A stretch of 64,000 nucleotides of DNA from Octopus sinensis. Its lineage: Eukaryota. The stretch is from NCBI RefSeq assembly GCF_006345805.1, contig NC_043004.1:24056001-24120000 (forward strand). The letters are read 5' to 3'. The position numbers and the translations under genes were made by a program. The notes beneath the pieces are model-generated. The model did no database searches, was not told the DNA's origin, and worked only from the letters and a program-made list of their open reading frames with translations. This document shows, piece by piece, positions 28,807 to 45,590 of this stretch. Position 1 is the stretch's first letter, and each line of letters opens with the position of its first letter.

Positions 28807-28807
28807 T

Positions 28808-28840
<33 letters not shown>

Positions 28841-28841
28841 T

Positions 28842-28887
<46 letters not shown>

Positions 28888-29448
28888 CACACATACAAAC
28901 ATATATATGTATAAAGACAAGGTATAAATAATGGGGTTTATACATTCCTCTACTTTTTAAAATTCCACACTCGGCTTATGAATTATTTTATAATCTCTTA
29001 TTAATAACTATGCGTGTGTGTGTGTGTGTCTCTGTGTGTGTGTGTGTTTGAGTGCTGCTGTATATGATTACACATGCACATGTATATGAAAAAACTCACG
29101 CCCAACAAAACGCGAAGAATCTTTCAAATGGCATGGGATTTACGCCATCTAAACACATATACTAAATATAGATTCAAGGTATATTTTAGATCCGATAGGA
29201 AAGACAAGATTTCCGCATAGCTCTACAGTTTACGCTACGAGAATTCATTTCACGAATAAAACCACTGTGAATTTCGTGACACGTATATAAATCAAACATT
29301 CATTTCCTGCAATATTCCTTAAATATATGCTGTGATACTTGTAACTTGTTGGTTATCATGCAAAGCAAAATGCTGTGATTGAAATACTGCTGTAGGCAAG
29401 AATAAATAAATCTTCACAATTCCGATACTGATATATCAATATATATCA

Positions 29449-29498
<50 letters not shown>

Positions 29499-29699
29499 AT
29501 GGATGGATGAGTGAATGTGTCCATGCAAGCATGCATAATTATTTTTCACATATATATATATATATATGGGGGGGGGACATACATCCATACGACCATGCAT
29601 ACATACATATTTAAATATTCGTGTTTGTAGTGTATAATGATTCACAAACAAAAATGACACGATGGCTACGGAAACTAATGCTAAAATAAATTATTATTA

Positions 29700-30450
29700 G
29701 GGAATTACTCTGCAACATCACGAGATGACTGAAGAGATGGTGTGAATACTTTCAGCAACTATATGTTGCATCTGGTTTCATAAAACGCGTGGCATTTCAT
29801 ATCATACGCATCGCACCGTCGGAGTTTCTGTCCTCGATGCGATATATTCATTACTGGAGTAGTTACAGCGTGTATTTGCTTGTATAGAGGATGAGAGAGT
29901 ATCTGCTTAGAGTGAAATACGATCTGAAATTAATTTGGTCGTTAAAAACATGTTGCGTATTCTATATTGAATAAACGTAAACATGGTGTCTCATTTCACA
30001 AGAAATTAGATAAAAACTCTGGAACTTATAGAGGACTTCAGTTCGCTTATTAGTAAGCAAAAAAATTCACGCCTATTCCGCATACTGGTTGCTTAAAATG
30101 AAATGACAAATAACACCAGAGACAGTAAGTTATACATGGTATTTTACGTCAGACAATTCCTGCAAAAATGCATGGAACATGATAGGTTCCTGTACGTGAT
30201 GCTTATTGATTTTCAAAACATTCGATAGTGTGGGTAGCTGAAACCCGAAACAACTACTAAGAAAATATAATTGCATAAGAAGCTCACATCTATAATGGAA
30301 ACCCCACACACTGGAAGTATCTAACTTTCAAACAATGAGGAGACACATCAGAATTATATGTTGTAGCAAAGTGTTGAAAAGAGGATGTATGTTGACAACT
30401 ACGCTGTTTTCCATCTTTACTGCAGCAATGTTAAAGTAGGACTGCTGTAA
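29700..30450 (+). pseudogene. Old RTE-clade LINE ORF2 relic (linker to RT domain 4)
   Basis: Scattered motifs in the expected order: LKRWCEYFQQLY, GTYRGL, MVFYVRQFLQKCMEHDRFLYVMLIDF..FDSV, KRGCMLTTTLFSIF. Confidence 0.7.
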
Positions 30451-31998
30451 TCTTGAAGATGAAGTATAAATACAAACACGCTAAGATGTAGATCTCTCTC
30501 CAAGTAGCCTATTAAAATGTTGTACTACCCAGATATTTGTTAAAGAGTTTCTACTTTAAAATGATATACTTTCACAAGAAGGACAAAGACAATGCAATTT
30601 TCGAATTTCTTATACTTTTTAAATTACAAACAAATCTATTCATGCTATCATCCAAAATTGGTGCAGATTCATAATAAAACAGCAACATCCATTATATATT
30701 ATATCCACAAGAAAATGTAGCAAACGCCAGAACGTAAGCGAGCAAGACAAATGAAAAGTTACAAAATATACAGATTAATCACAAACACAGTTTCGTTGTT
30801 TAATCTGTATATTTTGTATGTTTTCATTTGCCTTGCTCGATTACGTTCTGGCGTTTGCTAAATTTTCTTGAGAACATCTCTTTCTTAGTAGTAAGTCCAT
30901 TGGGGTCAACTTCTAGCATAATAGATGTCCAGTTAATGGTCATCCCTCATATGTATGTAATATAATTTTCCTGAATCCTCAGCTTTTTCTATATGCTAGA
31001 TCACTGGTTTTAAAATGATATTAATCAAATTAATATTCAATTTTTCACTTTCCACCCTTATTATTTTAAATTTATATATATATATATATATACTAATCGA
31101 ACTGGAGCGTTCTCAAAACCACGTTGAGAAATACAGCCTTAAACTGTCATTGACATTTTCTAAAAGACAAAATTCTGTGAATTTTGTATATTTTGTGTCT
31201 GTGTACGTGTGTTTGTATGAGGGAGTGTGTTTGTAATATTTAGAAATGTAAAAAGACATACATAAACAAAAGCAGTACTAGTGTAGTAGAATCTAGAATA
31301 TATATTAGTTAATATCATTTCCAAGATTCGAAGTGTGTTGAAGCACCTGCAGAGGAAATTTCGAAATATCTGTTAACATAATTGTGTGTGTGTGTGTATG
31401 TGTGTGTGTCTGTGTGTGTATGTGCGTGCGTGTGTGTGTTTGCGTTTGCGTGTGTGTGTGTGGTATATTCACACAAACATATACACACACATATGTATAT
31501 ATTTAAAATGAGTGTGAGAGAGACAGAAACATAATCGTGTCCATTTCTGTGTAGTGGCATTGGTGCATGTGCATGTATATACTTCTGCGTATGATACCTG
31601 CGTACTTAGACATAACTGTCGCTCTACTGATTAAATAAATATTTGTATAGCATAAACAGATTTCTGTAATATACAGTCTCGTATATTTTCTCTTAATTTT
31701 TTGGTTGCAAATACGCATTAATAGGAAGGAATTGCATTGCAGATGTCATTTATAAGCAGACATCGCTCAATAATATTTGCTCAGTTGAATATTATTTGCT
31801 CAAAGATTTGCTCAGTTGAAAGTTTCCGATTACAAAATTTCACACGAATAGATGAAATCTATGGATATTGTATTTATATAGCGTCAATCAATCTATCATA
31901 CAGGTAGAAAGAATTTAATCAAATATATGAATGGTTAACATTTTACATCTACTTACTAGTATAATGCATTTATATTGATCGAAGACCAGCCACTCGAC

Positions 31999-32144
31999 AT
32001 ATTTTGTCTTTTAAGTGAAAATCAATGTACCAGTCGTGTACCAAAAGTATGTGAGCCTTTCATAAACACATATATTTTGCATATTTTGGGGTTAGTTAAC
32101 GACAGTTAACGGGTTAATATTATTAAATGCTTTGTTATGTTAGG

Positions 32145-32235
<91 letters not shown>

Positions 32236-32401
32236 AACATAACAAAGCATTTATATATACCTAACATAACAAAGCATTTAATAACATTAACCCGTTAACT
32301 ATCGTTAACTAACCCCAAAATATGCAAAATATATGTGTTTATGAAAGGCTCACATACTTTTGGTACACGACTGGTATATTGATTTTCACTTAAAAGACAA
32401 A

Positions 32402-32405
<4 letters not shown>
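31999..32405. repeat. Long inverted repeat (147-bp arms, 3 mismatches) centred on (TA)n
   Basis: 31999-32145 is the reverse complement of 32259-32405 with no indels. The centre holds (TA)n plus a 27-bp tandem duplication of the inner arm end (32231-32257). Confidence 0.95.
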
Positions 32406-32439
<34 letters not shown>

Positions 32440-32608
32440 CGTTAGCCACTATACACATTTTCCCTCCTTGTTTTTTTCTGTGTCCCTTTCTGTAGAAGAG
32501 CGTAGGCTCGAAACGTAAAAGACTTTTTCTATTCCTGAGCGTTATACTAATACATCTGTTTGTTTTGTACAGCACCTGTCTGCGTCTTTTGTTTTTTTCG
32601 TAAACTCT

Positions 32609-32611
<3 letters not shown>
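32440..32611 (+). mobile_element. Short hammerhead-like element, family H, copy 3 (longest)
   Basis: CCTTT-CTGTAGA(32490-96)-A-GAGC-GTAG-GCTC-GAAA(32510-13)-CGTA-AAAGAC plus tail; (TA)n on both sides. Confidence 0.75.
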
Positions 32612-32675
<64 letters not shown>

Positions 32676-32679
32676 ATAA

Positions 32680-33805
32680 TATAATATTGACGGATATTTG
32701 TCCTGATCTTGTTTGTTGTCAACACGACATTTCGGCTGACATACCCTCCAGCCTTCATCAGGTGTCTTGGGAAAATTTCGAATTGGGTTCTCATTCCTAA
32801 TGTTATTATTATTATTATTTCAGGTCACTGGAATGGAACTCGCAATCTTGGGGTTAGTAGCCCGCGCTCTTAATTATGGAATGAATTTTATGGCTTATAA
32901 ATCCGTCCTTAATACCGGTTCCCATATGCTGTTCGTATCTGCACATGGTCTGCTTAGGAGGATGTTGTGTCCTAGCATATGTGCTACTTCTTTTAGTTTT
33001 CGTAATTGCCAGTGGTGTTCTGTGTCTATTATTTTAACTTCATACCACAGGGGGAGGTGGGCTCTATTTTTCCATACATGGTTAGCTATACCCGATTTCT
33101 CAATATCTCCTCGTGACACAGCTTTGCGATGTTCTTCTACCCTTATTTTGAGGGGGCGGCATGTTTCACATTTGCACAACCTGCCACAGCTGCATCGGAT
33201 TGAGTACACGCAGTTCTTAGTCATATTCTCTTCTATTGGTGGTTTTACTCGAAGGAGATATTTGCGAAGTGTTGTATTACTTTTCAATACTGTCCTGATG
33301 TCATATGGGCCGCATATCTTTTCTATCTTTTCGGAGAGGCGTTTTACATAGGGTAGACAGGCTGTGGAAATTTTATCGGTTTCATCTTCTCTTTTTTTCC
33401 TAATTGGAGTGGATAGTATGTTTTGGGGTAGTTGTCGCTTGATAGATTGTTACTGAACTTGATCATTTCTTCGTGGTGGGTATCCCGATCGCTTCTTATA
33501 TTCATTGCTCGATATTTTAGGCATTGAACAATCGCTCTCTTTACACTGTATGGATGGTGGGAGTTGAAGTTGAGGTATCGTCCAGTGAAGATCGGCTTGC
33601 GGTATACGGATGTCCCGAATCATTACTTGGTGCGTGTTATTAATACGTCCAGGAATACGAGCTGATTGTCTGTTTTCTTTTTCTATTGAGAACTCTATGG
33701 ATGGCTTTATTGAGTTCACATGATCTAACAGCACTGGGACATTTTCCTAGTGGGGCCAGAGCATGAAGATGTCATCAACATATCGCAGCCATAGGGTTGC
33801 ACCTA
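32680..33805 (-). mobile_element. Penelope-like element (Penelope/Poseidon-type), 5'-truncated: RT C-terminus, GIY-YIG endonuclease and 3' region
   Basis: WLRYVDDIF (YVDD at 33771-33782), FLDVLI, SVYRKPIFTGRYLNFNSHHP, LPYVKRLSEKI, then NCVYSIRCSCGRLCKCETCRPLKIRVEEH..SGIANH..RKLKE (GIY-YIG with CCHH-type residues). Stop at 32895. Frameshift and stops in the RT part. The 3' end runs into (TA)n. Confidence 0.92.
32721..32766 (-). ncRNA. Minimal type I hammerhead ribozyme motif in the Penelope 3' region
   Basis: Minus strand GACAC-CTGATGA-A-GGCTG-GAGGGTATGT-CAGCC-GAAA-T-GTC^GTGTT: 5-bp stem I (one G-U), 5-bp stem II, intact CUGAUGA/GAAA core. Stem III has no loop, so it would need a dimer. Confidence 0.8.
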
Positions 33806-33834
33806 TAGTGGAAAGTATTATTAAAATTAAGATC

Positions 33835-34050
33835 AAGGCAGTGAGCTGGCAGAATCGCTAGGGCGCAGAACAAACTACGGTTAAGCATTTCGTCCGTGTA
33901 TACGTTCTGAGTTCAAATGTTGCCGCGGTCGATTTTTCCTTTCATCCTTTCGCGATCTATAAAATAACTACCCGTCGAGCAATGGTCCTGATTTAATGGA
34001 CTAGAAGCCTCCCTTAAATTTTAGCTCATTTTTTCAAGTAGAAATGAATG
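33835..34050 (+). mobile_element. SINE family A copy just outside the Penelope 5' truncation
   Basis: GGCAGTGAGCTGGCAGAATCGCTAGG..GAGTTCAAATG..TTTCATCCTTTCGCGATCTATAAAATAACTACC. Confidence 0.75.
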
Positions 34051-34446
34051 TTACTATTAAAATATCAAAATATCAGTCGCAACAGACGTGAAACAACGCG
34101 ATTTACCCACCATGTTTTATCATGGAATACTGACACTTTTCTACATTGAAATTATCTCAACAATGACTTCAAATATAGATAGAGTTTCGTGAAAATTCTA
34201 TGAAGACAAATTCTTGAAAAGGAAAGCAGAGGACTAGATCACTGTCATACATATTTGCTACCGTATATAATCCTTATCTCCAGACTTTCTGACAGCACTT
34301 GGGGCTGACTGTAAATGTCTTATAAAAAACAATGCTGCAAGCACAACTTACATTCTCTTGCCAATTTAAGATTCCAATTGCAGATATTCCTTGACAATTC
34401 TTGGCAGATATTCCCAGTTAGGTTCGTAAAGATATTACATACATTT

Positions 34447-34504
<58 letters not shown>

Positions 34505-34532
34505 GTATATATGAATGTATATATATATATAA

Positions 34533-34601
<69 letters not shown>

Positions 34602-34684
34602 AATGTATATATATAGTACGTTTATATATTTGTTGTGCGAGATTTTTTATTGGCTAAACTGGCAAAATGACCATTCCGAAATAT

Positions 34685-34732
<48 letters not shown>

Positions 34733-36256
34733 AGGTATGTATATATACATATATGTACATTGATATTTATATAAATATATGTATGTATGTTTGTATGCAT
34801 GCAGGTATGCACACACATGTGCGTGTGTGTTTGTATGCTTGCATGCTTGTATGAGTGTATCTTATGCATTATTCTGTTGTTTCAATCATTAGGCTATGCC
34901 CATGCAGGAGCAACACATTGAAGAATTTCTACTTATTCTATCGCTCAGTTTTGTCGAATTGCTGCCTCTCGAGGAATTGATACCGCTAAAATCGGTCAGC
35001 AAGTGTTAGCGGATGACAAACAGAAAACCTGGAACAACGTGTCTATGTTGTTGAGAAACAAACTTCTTACCACACAGACACATCTGAGTCCTATGTATGT
35101 GCGTATGTGTTTGTATACGCACACACATATGTATATATATATATATATACTCATATTGTATGTATGTGTGTATATATATATATATACACACAAACACATA
35201 CTCAATACCAACACACACAAAACGCATGTACACACACATGTCACACAGATACACCCAACAGACATGGACACACATACGAACAAACACATACACACTAACG
35301 CACACGCAACACACTAATAAACATTAACTACACACATATGCCCACACACACAAACGGGCACACATATACACACACCATCCTAACAAAAACTTTTTTAAAT
35401 AACACACATCTATTTACACCACAATGGACCCTGGAACCAATCAAAAACACCCCCCACACACACACAAACACATGTATACATATATATATACACACACACA
35501 AAGACACACACACTCACACCATTCGGACCTCCATACAGACACACATATACACACGCAGCACCATGCCAAATGCCATCCACACACATACATACATGCACAC
35601 ACACAACACCAAGACAACCACACACGCGGTTGACAAACGGACACACGTATACACACACCATCCTACCAGACCTTACAAACACACATACACATCTATTCAC
35701 ACCACATATGTATATATACACACACACAAAGACACATACACTTACCCCATCCTGACCCCTAAATCATTGATGCTTGAAGGAGAGAGAAAAAGGGTATATT
35801 CTTTTCAGTTCCACATTACTTCTCATTTCCCCCAACCAAACACACCTACTGTGTCCCTTGAAATACATAATATTCTTTTACGTTAACATGGTGGACAGGT
35901 CAGTTTTAGCTTCACTACTATTATAATGTAAACCTTTTTGAACTCATAATATTCTGTACGTGTATACCAATATTTACTGAACTTTTTTAATAATTCCTTC
36001 TGGAAATTATCTTGAGAATGTATAATATATTTGTTGTAATCTTTGTGCCCAATATTTTAAGGAACTTGTTGAACTTTTTTATGTCCTTAACACATCCCTG
36101 TTACCTAAGACTGTATATATGTAATGTAGTAATTTGTAACAACCAATAATTAACGCAACCAAACTTCTACATGTTACTTTTGACAATCTTTTTCCAAAGA
36201 GTGAAACCGGTAAAGTAAATAAACATCTTTCAAATTGCATTTTCATACCTTCTTTC

Positions 36257-36389
<133 letters not shown>

Positions 36390-36680
36390 CATGTATGTAT
36401 GTATGTATGTATGTGCGTGAGAGAGACAGAGAAAGAGTTTTAACGAGGATTGTTGGTGCTGACGCCTACAGTTCCTTTCTGAGTAAGAGAGGGAGAGAGG
36501 GACTCTGTGTGTGTGTGTCTCTCTCTCTCTATATATATGTGTTTTCGATTCCCACGCGTACTAATACCCATTTTTTACCCTTGAGGGCCCCAAAATTATA
36601 CCATTTTCCATAGCGAATACACAGTGAACACTTATAAGCTTAATGCATATGATTAGAATTCAGGCATATATATATATATA

Positions 36681-39726
<3,046 letters not shown>

Positions 39727-40371
39727 TAATATTGCCGAGATAATTATTGAAATCAATTAAGGATTAACCGGTTTTGAAGCTCTCTACGTTCAGCCGAATA
39801 GAAATCGATTATATTGAATTCATAAGGAATTCCTAGTTTAACGGCTTATTCTAGCATTCATCAGGCGCGTTTTCCCAAGAGGAACTGCGTATACACATAA
39901 AACAAGAATTGGTTGTTGTTTAAAGAGTTCGAGTATATTATTTTGCGGTAGGGAGCAAAAAAGAGGCAGGGAAACGAAGGATCAAAGATACCAGAATAAG
40001 GACTCGAGACAAAGAGTCGTGATAGGGAGAAATAGATACATGCAAAAGAAACAAAGAAAACATAAAAAAGTATGAAAATGGAATTAGTAAACAGAGTGGA
40101 TGAATAGGCGGCTGTGGGTAGTGTGAAAGGAACTGGTGAGATGTTAAGAGGCATCAAAATATTAATGTAAATAAACATGGTAGTTTTAGGAGATGGATGT
40201 AGTTTAATAACAAAGCGGATATTTATGGACTGTTAAATATATACAAACATATGCCCTACAAACTAGAGTTACATAACACATAAACACTCATGCACACGCA
40301 AATCTATCTATCTATCTGTCTGTCTATCTGTCTATCTATCTAGCTAGATATTTGTCTGTCTCTCGCTCTCT

Positions 40372-40442
<71 letters not shown>

Positions 40443-40464
40443 TATATGTATGTATATATATAGC

Positions 40465-40496
<32 letters not shown>

Positions 40497-40873
40497 CATA
40501 CATACATACATACATACATAGAGAATAAAGAATTGATAAATACGAATTCAAAAAATGATAAGAACGCAAGCATAATATATTATCCCGACAACTTTATTTA
40601 GTAATTAGCATTTTTAAATATTTTAAAATTTTCCCTTGCATTATCATTACTCGAGATAATTATCAAATTAGCTTTAAGTTCTTAATTCAGCGATTTAGTT
40701 ATGGTACACACCCTTGACCGCCTGTTCAGGTAATGAATATATATAATTTATGTCACAGATACGACATGAAATACAATAAGGTGTAATTTTTTTCTAAATT
40801 CATATACATAAATGCATACATACATACATATTATATATGTGTGTGTTTATGTGTGTATATACATATATGCATG

Positions 40874-40984
<111 letters not shown>

Positions 40985-42024
40985 ATACATATATATGCAT
41001 ATATACATGCATATACAAATACACACACACATATATATGATATATATATGAATTCGGAAGTACTGATCGTTGGATATATGTTGTCTGATGTCGCTTGATC
41101 AGATAAGTACGTTAATTATCAGGGCTCTCAAATTTAAAATCTTGAATAACTGTACTGAAGAGAAGAATGAGAGAGTAGAAATATGATTTTACATTTTTCA
41201 CATGTCTCTAACTCCAAAATGCGTATACAGTTAATCAGAGCCGGGTGGATTCGTTATTTTTTTCTTTCTTTACCTTCAGAGCCGGGTGGATTCGTTATTT
41301 TTTTTGTCTTTACCTGCGTGAGTTGTTGAGTATTGCTGTCTGGGAGATTTTCTTATGGTAGTAATATAGTAGTTTAACTGCTATTACTAAATTTCGGTAT
41401 GTGGTGAAGCAAATTTTGCTGAACCCTAATTATAATTATACTAATAATTATAGAATGTTTGTATAAGTTTACCGATAATGGTTCTTTTAACCTACCGAAC
41501 TACTAGGTAAAATTATTAATTATTATGTTGTGTCTGTGGAGAGTCATTCTCTTTTAGTGCCTTATAATGTAACACACTCACCGGTAAAATTTCCACATAT
41601 TTATTATTTTTATTTTCTAAAATTTTCGTTGAGTCTTGCAACCTTTTCAATAGTCTTGACTCTGTCCATTATTTACACTGCGTTCCCTTTAGTTTGTTTG
41701 TGCGCATGTGTGTGGGTCAGTAAAAGAGAATGACTCTCCCCAGACACAACAGAATATGCTTCAACACACGAACTCATATAAAGAATCTTGCAAACCAAAT
41801 CCAAAAACGAAATATTATTAATTAATTAATTAATTAATTAATTAATTTTATCCTCTATTATTATTGATAATATAATTCTCATAATTATAGAATTTTTATA
41901 CACATACATACATACATACATACATACACACATACATACATACATACATACATACATACATACATACATACATACATACATACATACATACACACATACA
42001 TACATACATACATACATACATACA

Positions 42025-42056
<32 letters not shown>

Positions 42057-42064
42057 CATATATA

Positions 42065-42760
42065 ATACGCGCTGGTCGAATTTTTGCTCTTACCGAGCAA
42101 CTCGCACAGGCACATTACGTCAAGATTTGCAAAAATACCGGTGATATCCAAGCTCAAACTCTCCAGCTGATTCACTTGGAATTTGGCGATGATGCCATGG
42201 GAAAAAACTCACATGAAGGGGTGGTGCAACCGTTTCAGACGGTTGAGAGAAAAGCAGCCTCAAACAGAGTGGAGAGCGAAGCAGCCTCAAACACGCCATC
42301 CACAAACCGAAAACGAGAGACGAATAGTCATGGACGATCATAGTGAAACAATCTATTGATCCAGAAAATTGCTCATGCAGTGGGAATAAGCACAAGATCA
42401 AAGCTTTCGATTTCAACGGAGGATGTGTGCATGCCATGAATGTCGGCGCAAATTGTCCCTAAGTTGGTGGCAGATCAGGGGAAACAACACAGCATAGAAA
42501 TCGCTCAGAAAACGCTGGCTATGGAAAACTGCGACCTAAACTTCTTGAAAATCATCATCACTACTTATGAGACATGGGTTTTCTGGTCTGTGTTCGAGGC
42601 ATTCGGTCACCTTGTATGAAAACGAAATCCAGCAAACGCGCACTATATGTCAGTACTCTATGCGCAACAGCTGGAAACTAACTCGGCCTACCGGTGCATG
42701 CGCAGAGAGGATGGCGTCACCTCCCACCAAAAGGATACTTTTTTGACAGCATCTCGGTGG
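42065..42760 (+). mobile_element. mariner relic (N-terminal half plus 3' end), internally deleted
   Basis: Frameshifted EQL..HYVK.CK..GD..AQTLQLIHLEFGDDAMG..WCNRF..SA..VPKL..NCDLNFLKIIITTYETWVF (VPKL and ITxDETW motifs). Ends in GGATACTTTTTGACAGCATCTCG, a mariner-like TIR. Confidence 0.75.
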
Positions 42761-43023
42761 TATGCGTGTGTGTGTATGAGTGTGTGCATGTGTGTGTGCG
42801 TGTGTGCATGTGAGTACATGTGTGTTTGAATACACTTATGCAATACGGAGCCTTTGTGTTCGTATATTTTCCTGACCACTGCATGGCGGACGATGACAAT
42901 TTTGATTTTTACGTCTTGGTACACTAACGGTTCCAGAGCATACTGGAGTCGATTAGTTTGACGAAAACATTTAAAATCAGTCACCTAGCGTGGCAGACGT
43001 GCAATGATTCTCTGCGTGTGTGG

Positions 43024-43055
<32 letters not shown>

Positions 43056-43404
43056 TCGCCTTGACCTTCGAAACGCGGAGTAGATGAAACAGAGGCGACT
43101 GAAGAAGGGGAATTTTCCTTGTGTTGTATGTCCTGTACCCATATATGCATGTATATATACATGTAGAGATAGGTACGTACATATATGTATGTACATTGCA
43201 TATATTTTATTTATTAATTTATTATATGACGGAACGCACGCATCCATTTCTAAGTAAGTTTGTTCTATATATATATACACATTTTGAATGTATGTATGTG
43301 TTTCAGTATTTATATATGAATGTATTAATCACGAAACCAATGAAACACGAAGGCAGACAGTGTAGGGAAAAGATTTTAGAAATCTTGTATTTCTAATCAT
43401 ATCG

Positions 43405-43905
<501 letters not shown>

Positions 43906-43945
43906 GCTTACACACAAACACACACACACATACATACATACATAC

Positions 43946-44019
<74 letters not shown>

Positions 44020-44491
44020 CATGACATTATAAATACTTCATCACAATATATTCTTATATAAACGCAGTATCGAATACTAATTTCACAATGATATCGTGAA
44101 TAACAATAGATTTATTAATTTAGAAAAAAGTCACAATATGTAGAGAATATTAAACATCTACCAAGATACTGTATCGTTTATATGAATTTTGCTGTGAATA
44201 GACTAGGTTTCTTACTAAATCGACATTTTAGAAATTATAGCTCCGTGAGAAATGATAAATTATACGTTTCGTTATTTGGAATCTTTACTAATGCATTTAG
44301 AAGACGAAAATTGCGCAATATGTAATCACATACCATTTCTTCTGACCACTTCTCCATCCCTCATCTATTCGCTATCGATCTGTAGGTATGTGTGCATAAA
44401 TGAACGACTACATACATACATACATACATACATACATACATACATACATACATACATACATACATACATGCATGCATGCATGCATACATAC

Positions 44492-44568
<77 letters not shown>

Positions 44569-45257
44569 CAAACAATTGCATAAATATATATGTAAGTGTA
44601 TAAATGTATATGTATGTACATACAGAAATGCATACAATTACGAACATATATGCGTGTATGTAAATCTAATTCATTTTCTATATGTATAGCTATGCATATA
44701 TAAGTGTGTGTATGCATATATGCATGCATGTATATATATATATATATGCATATTTATACGAATATGTATGTGAACGCGCGTGTGTGTCTGTGTCTGTGTT
44801 TGTGTGTGTGTGCGCGTGTGTACATAGGTTGACTTATATATAGCAACATCAAAGTGATTGAGTAGTTGTACAGTTCTGTGTCCGCCTAATTATACTGGTC
44901 CGAAGCACAGTTACATCTGAAAGAAACCATCTATTCGACACCTGCTATCAGAAAACGGACGAACGTTAACTAATTCAGTTAATATTGGTAGAAGTAGATA
45001 CTCCCATAGCGATTCCTTTCCAAAATTGATATCTTTTGTTCGAAATATTTGCAAGAAGTATATTTTCAACCACTCGCCAGTTTTCAATAGAACTCGTATC
45101 AACGTCGCGTAGCAGCAGGATGCTTTATTCATTCATTCATAGATACATACATATATATATGTATATGTATATATACATATGTATGTGTTTTTGTATGTAA
45201 ATATGTATGTATATATATACATACATATATAGGTACATATATATACATACATATATA

Positions 45258-45295
<38 letters not shown>

Positions 45296-45358
45296 CATAT
45301 ATATATGTATACATATATATATATATACGTATGCATATGCACATATAAATGTATATGT

Positions 45359-45429
<71 letters not shown>

Positions 45430-45524
45430 TATGTATATGTAAGTATATTTATTTGTATTCCTCCCTAATATAGAATAAAACATAAACAAAACAGACACAT
45501 AAACAGAAAGACAGAGAGACAAGC

Positions 45525-45590
<66 letters not shown>

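Noticed and set aside
39760-39870. Minus-strand CTGATGA ... CAAAACCGGTT ahead of the (TA)n at 39720
   Set aside because: G12 is mutated, no stem I pairing is possible and stem II is unconvincing. It could be a very old relic but cannot be supported.
41236-41316. Short tandem duplications (about 42 bp here; 37 bp at about 59917-59985; about 20 bp at about 5383-5423)
   Set aside because: Two-unit local duplications without spacers or cas genes; not CRISPR-like and no evident function.
44900-45110. Minus-strand KRYQFWKGIAMG resembling a Penelope RT motif
   Set aside because: A single short motif with stops immediately after and no YxDD at the expected distance.
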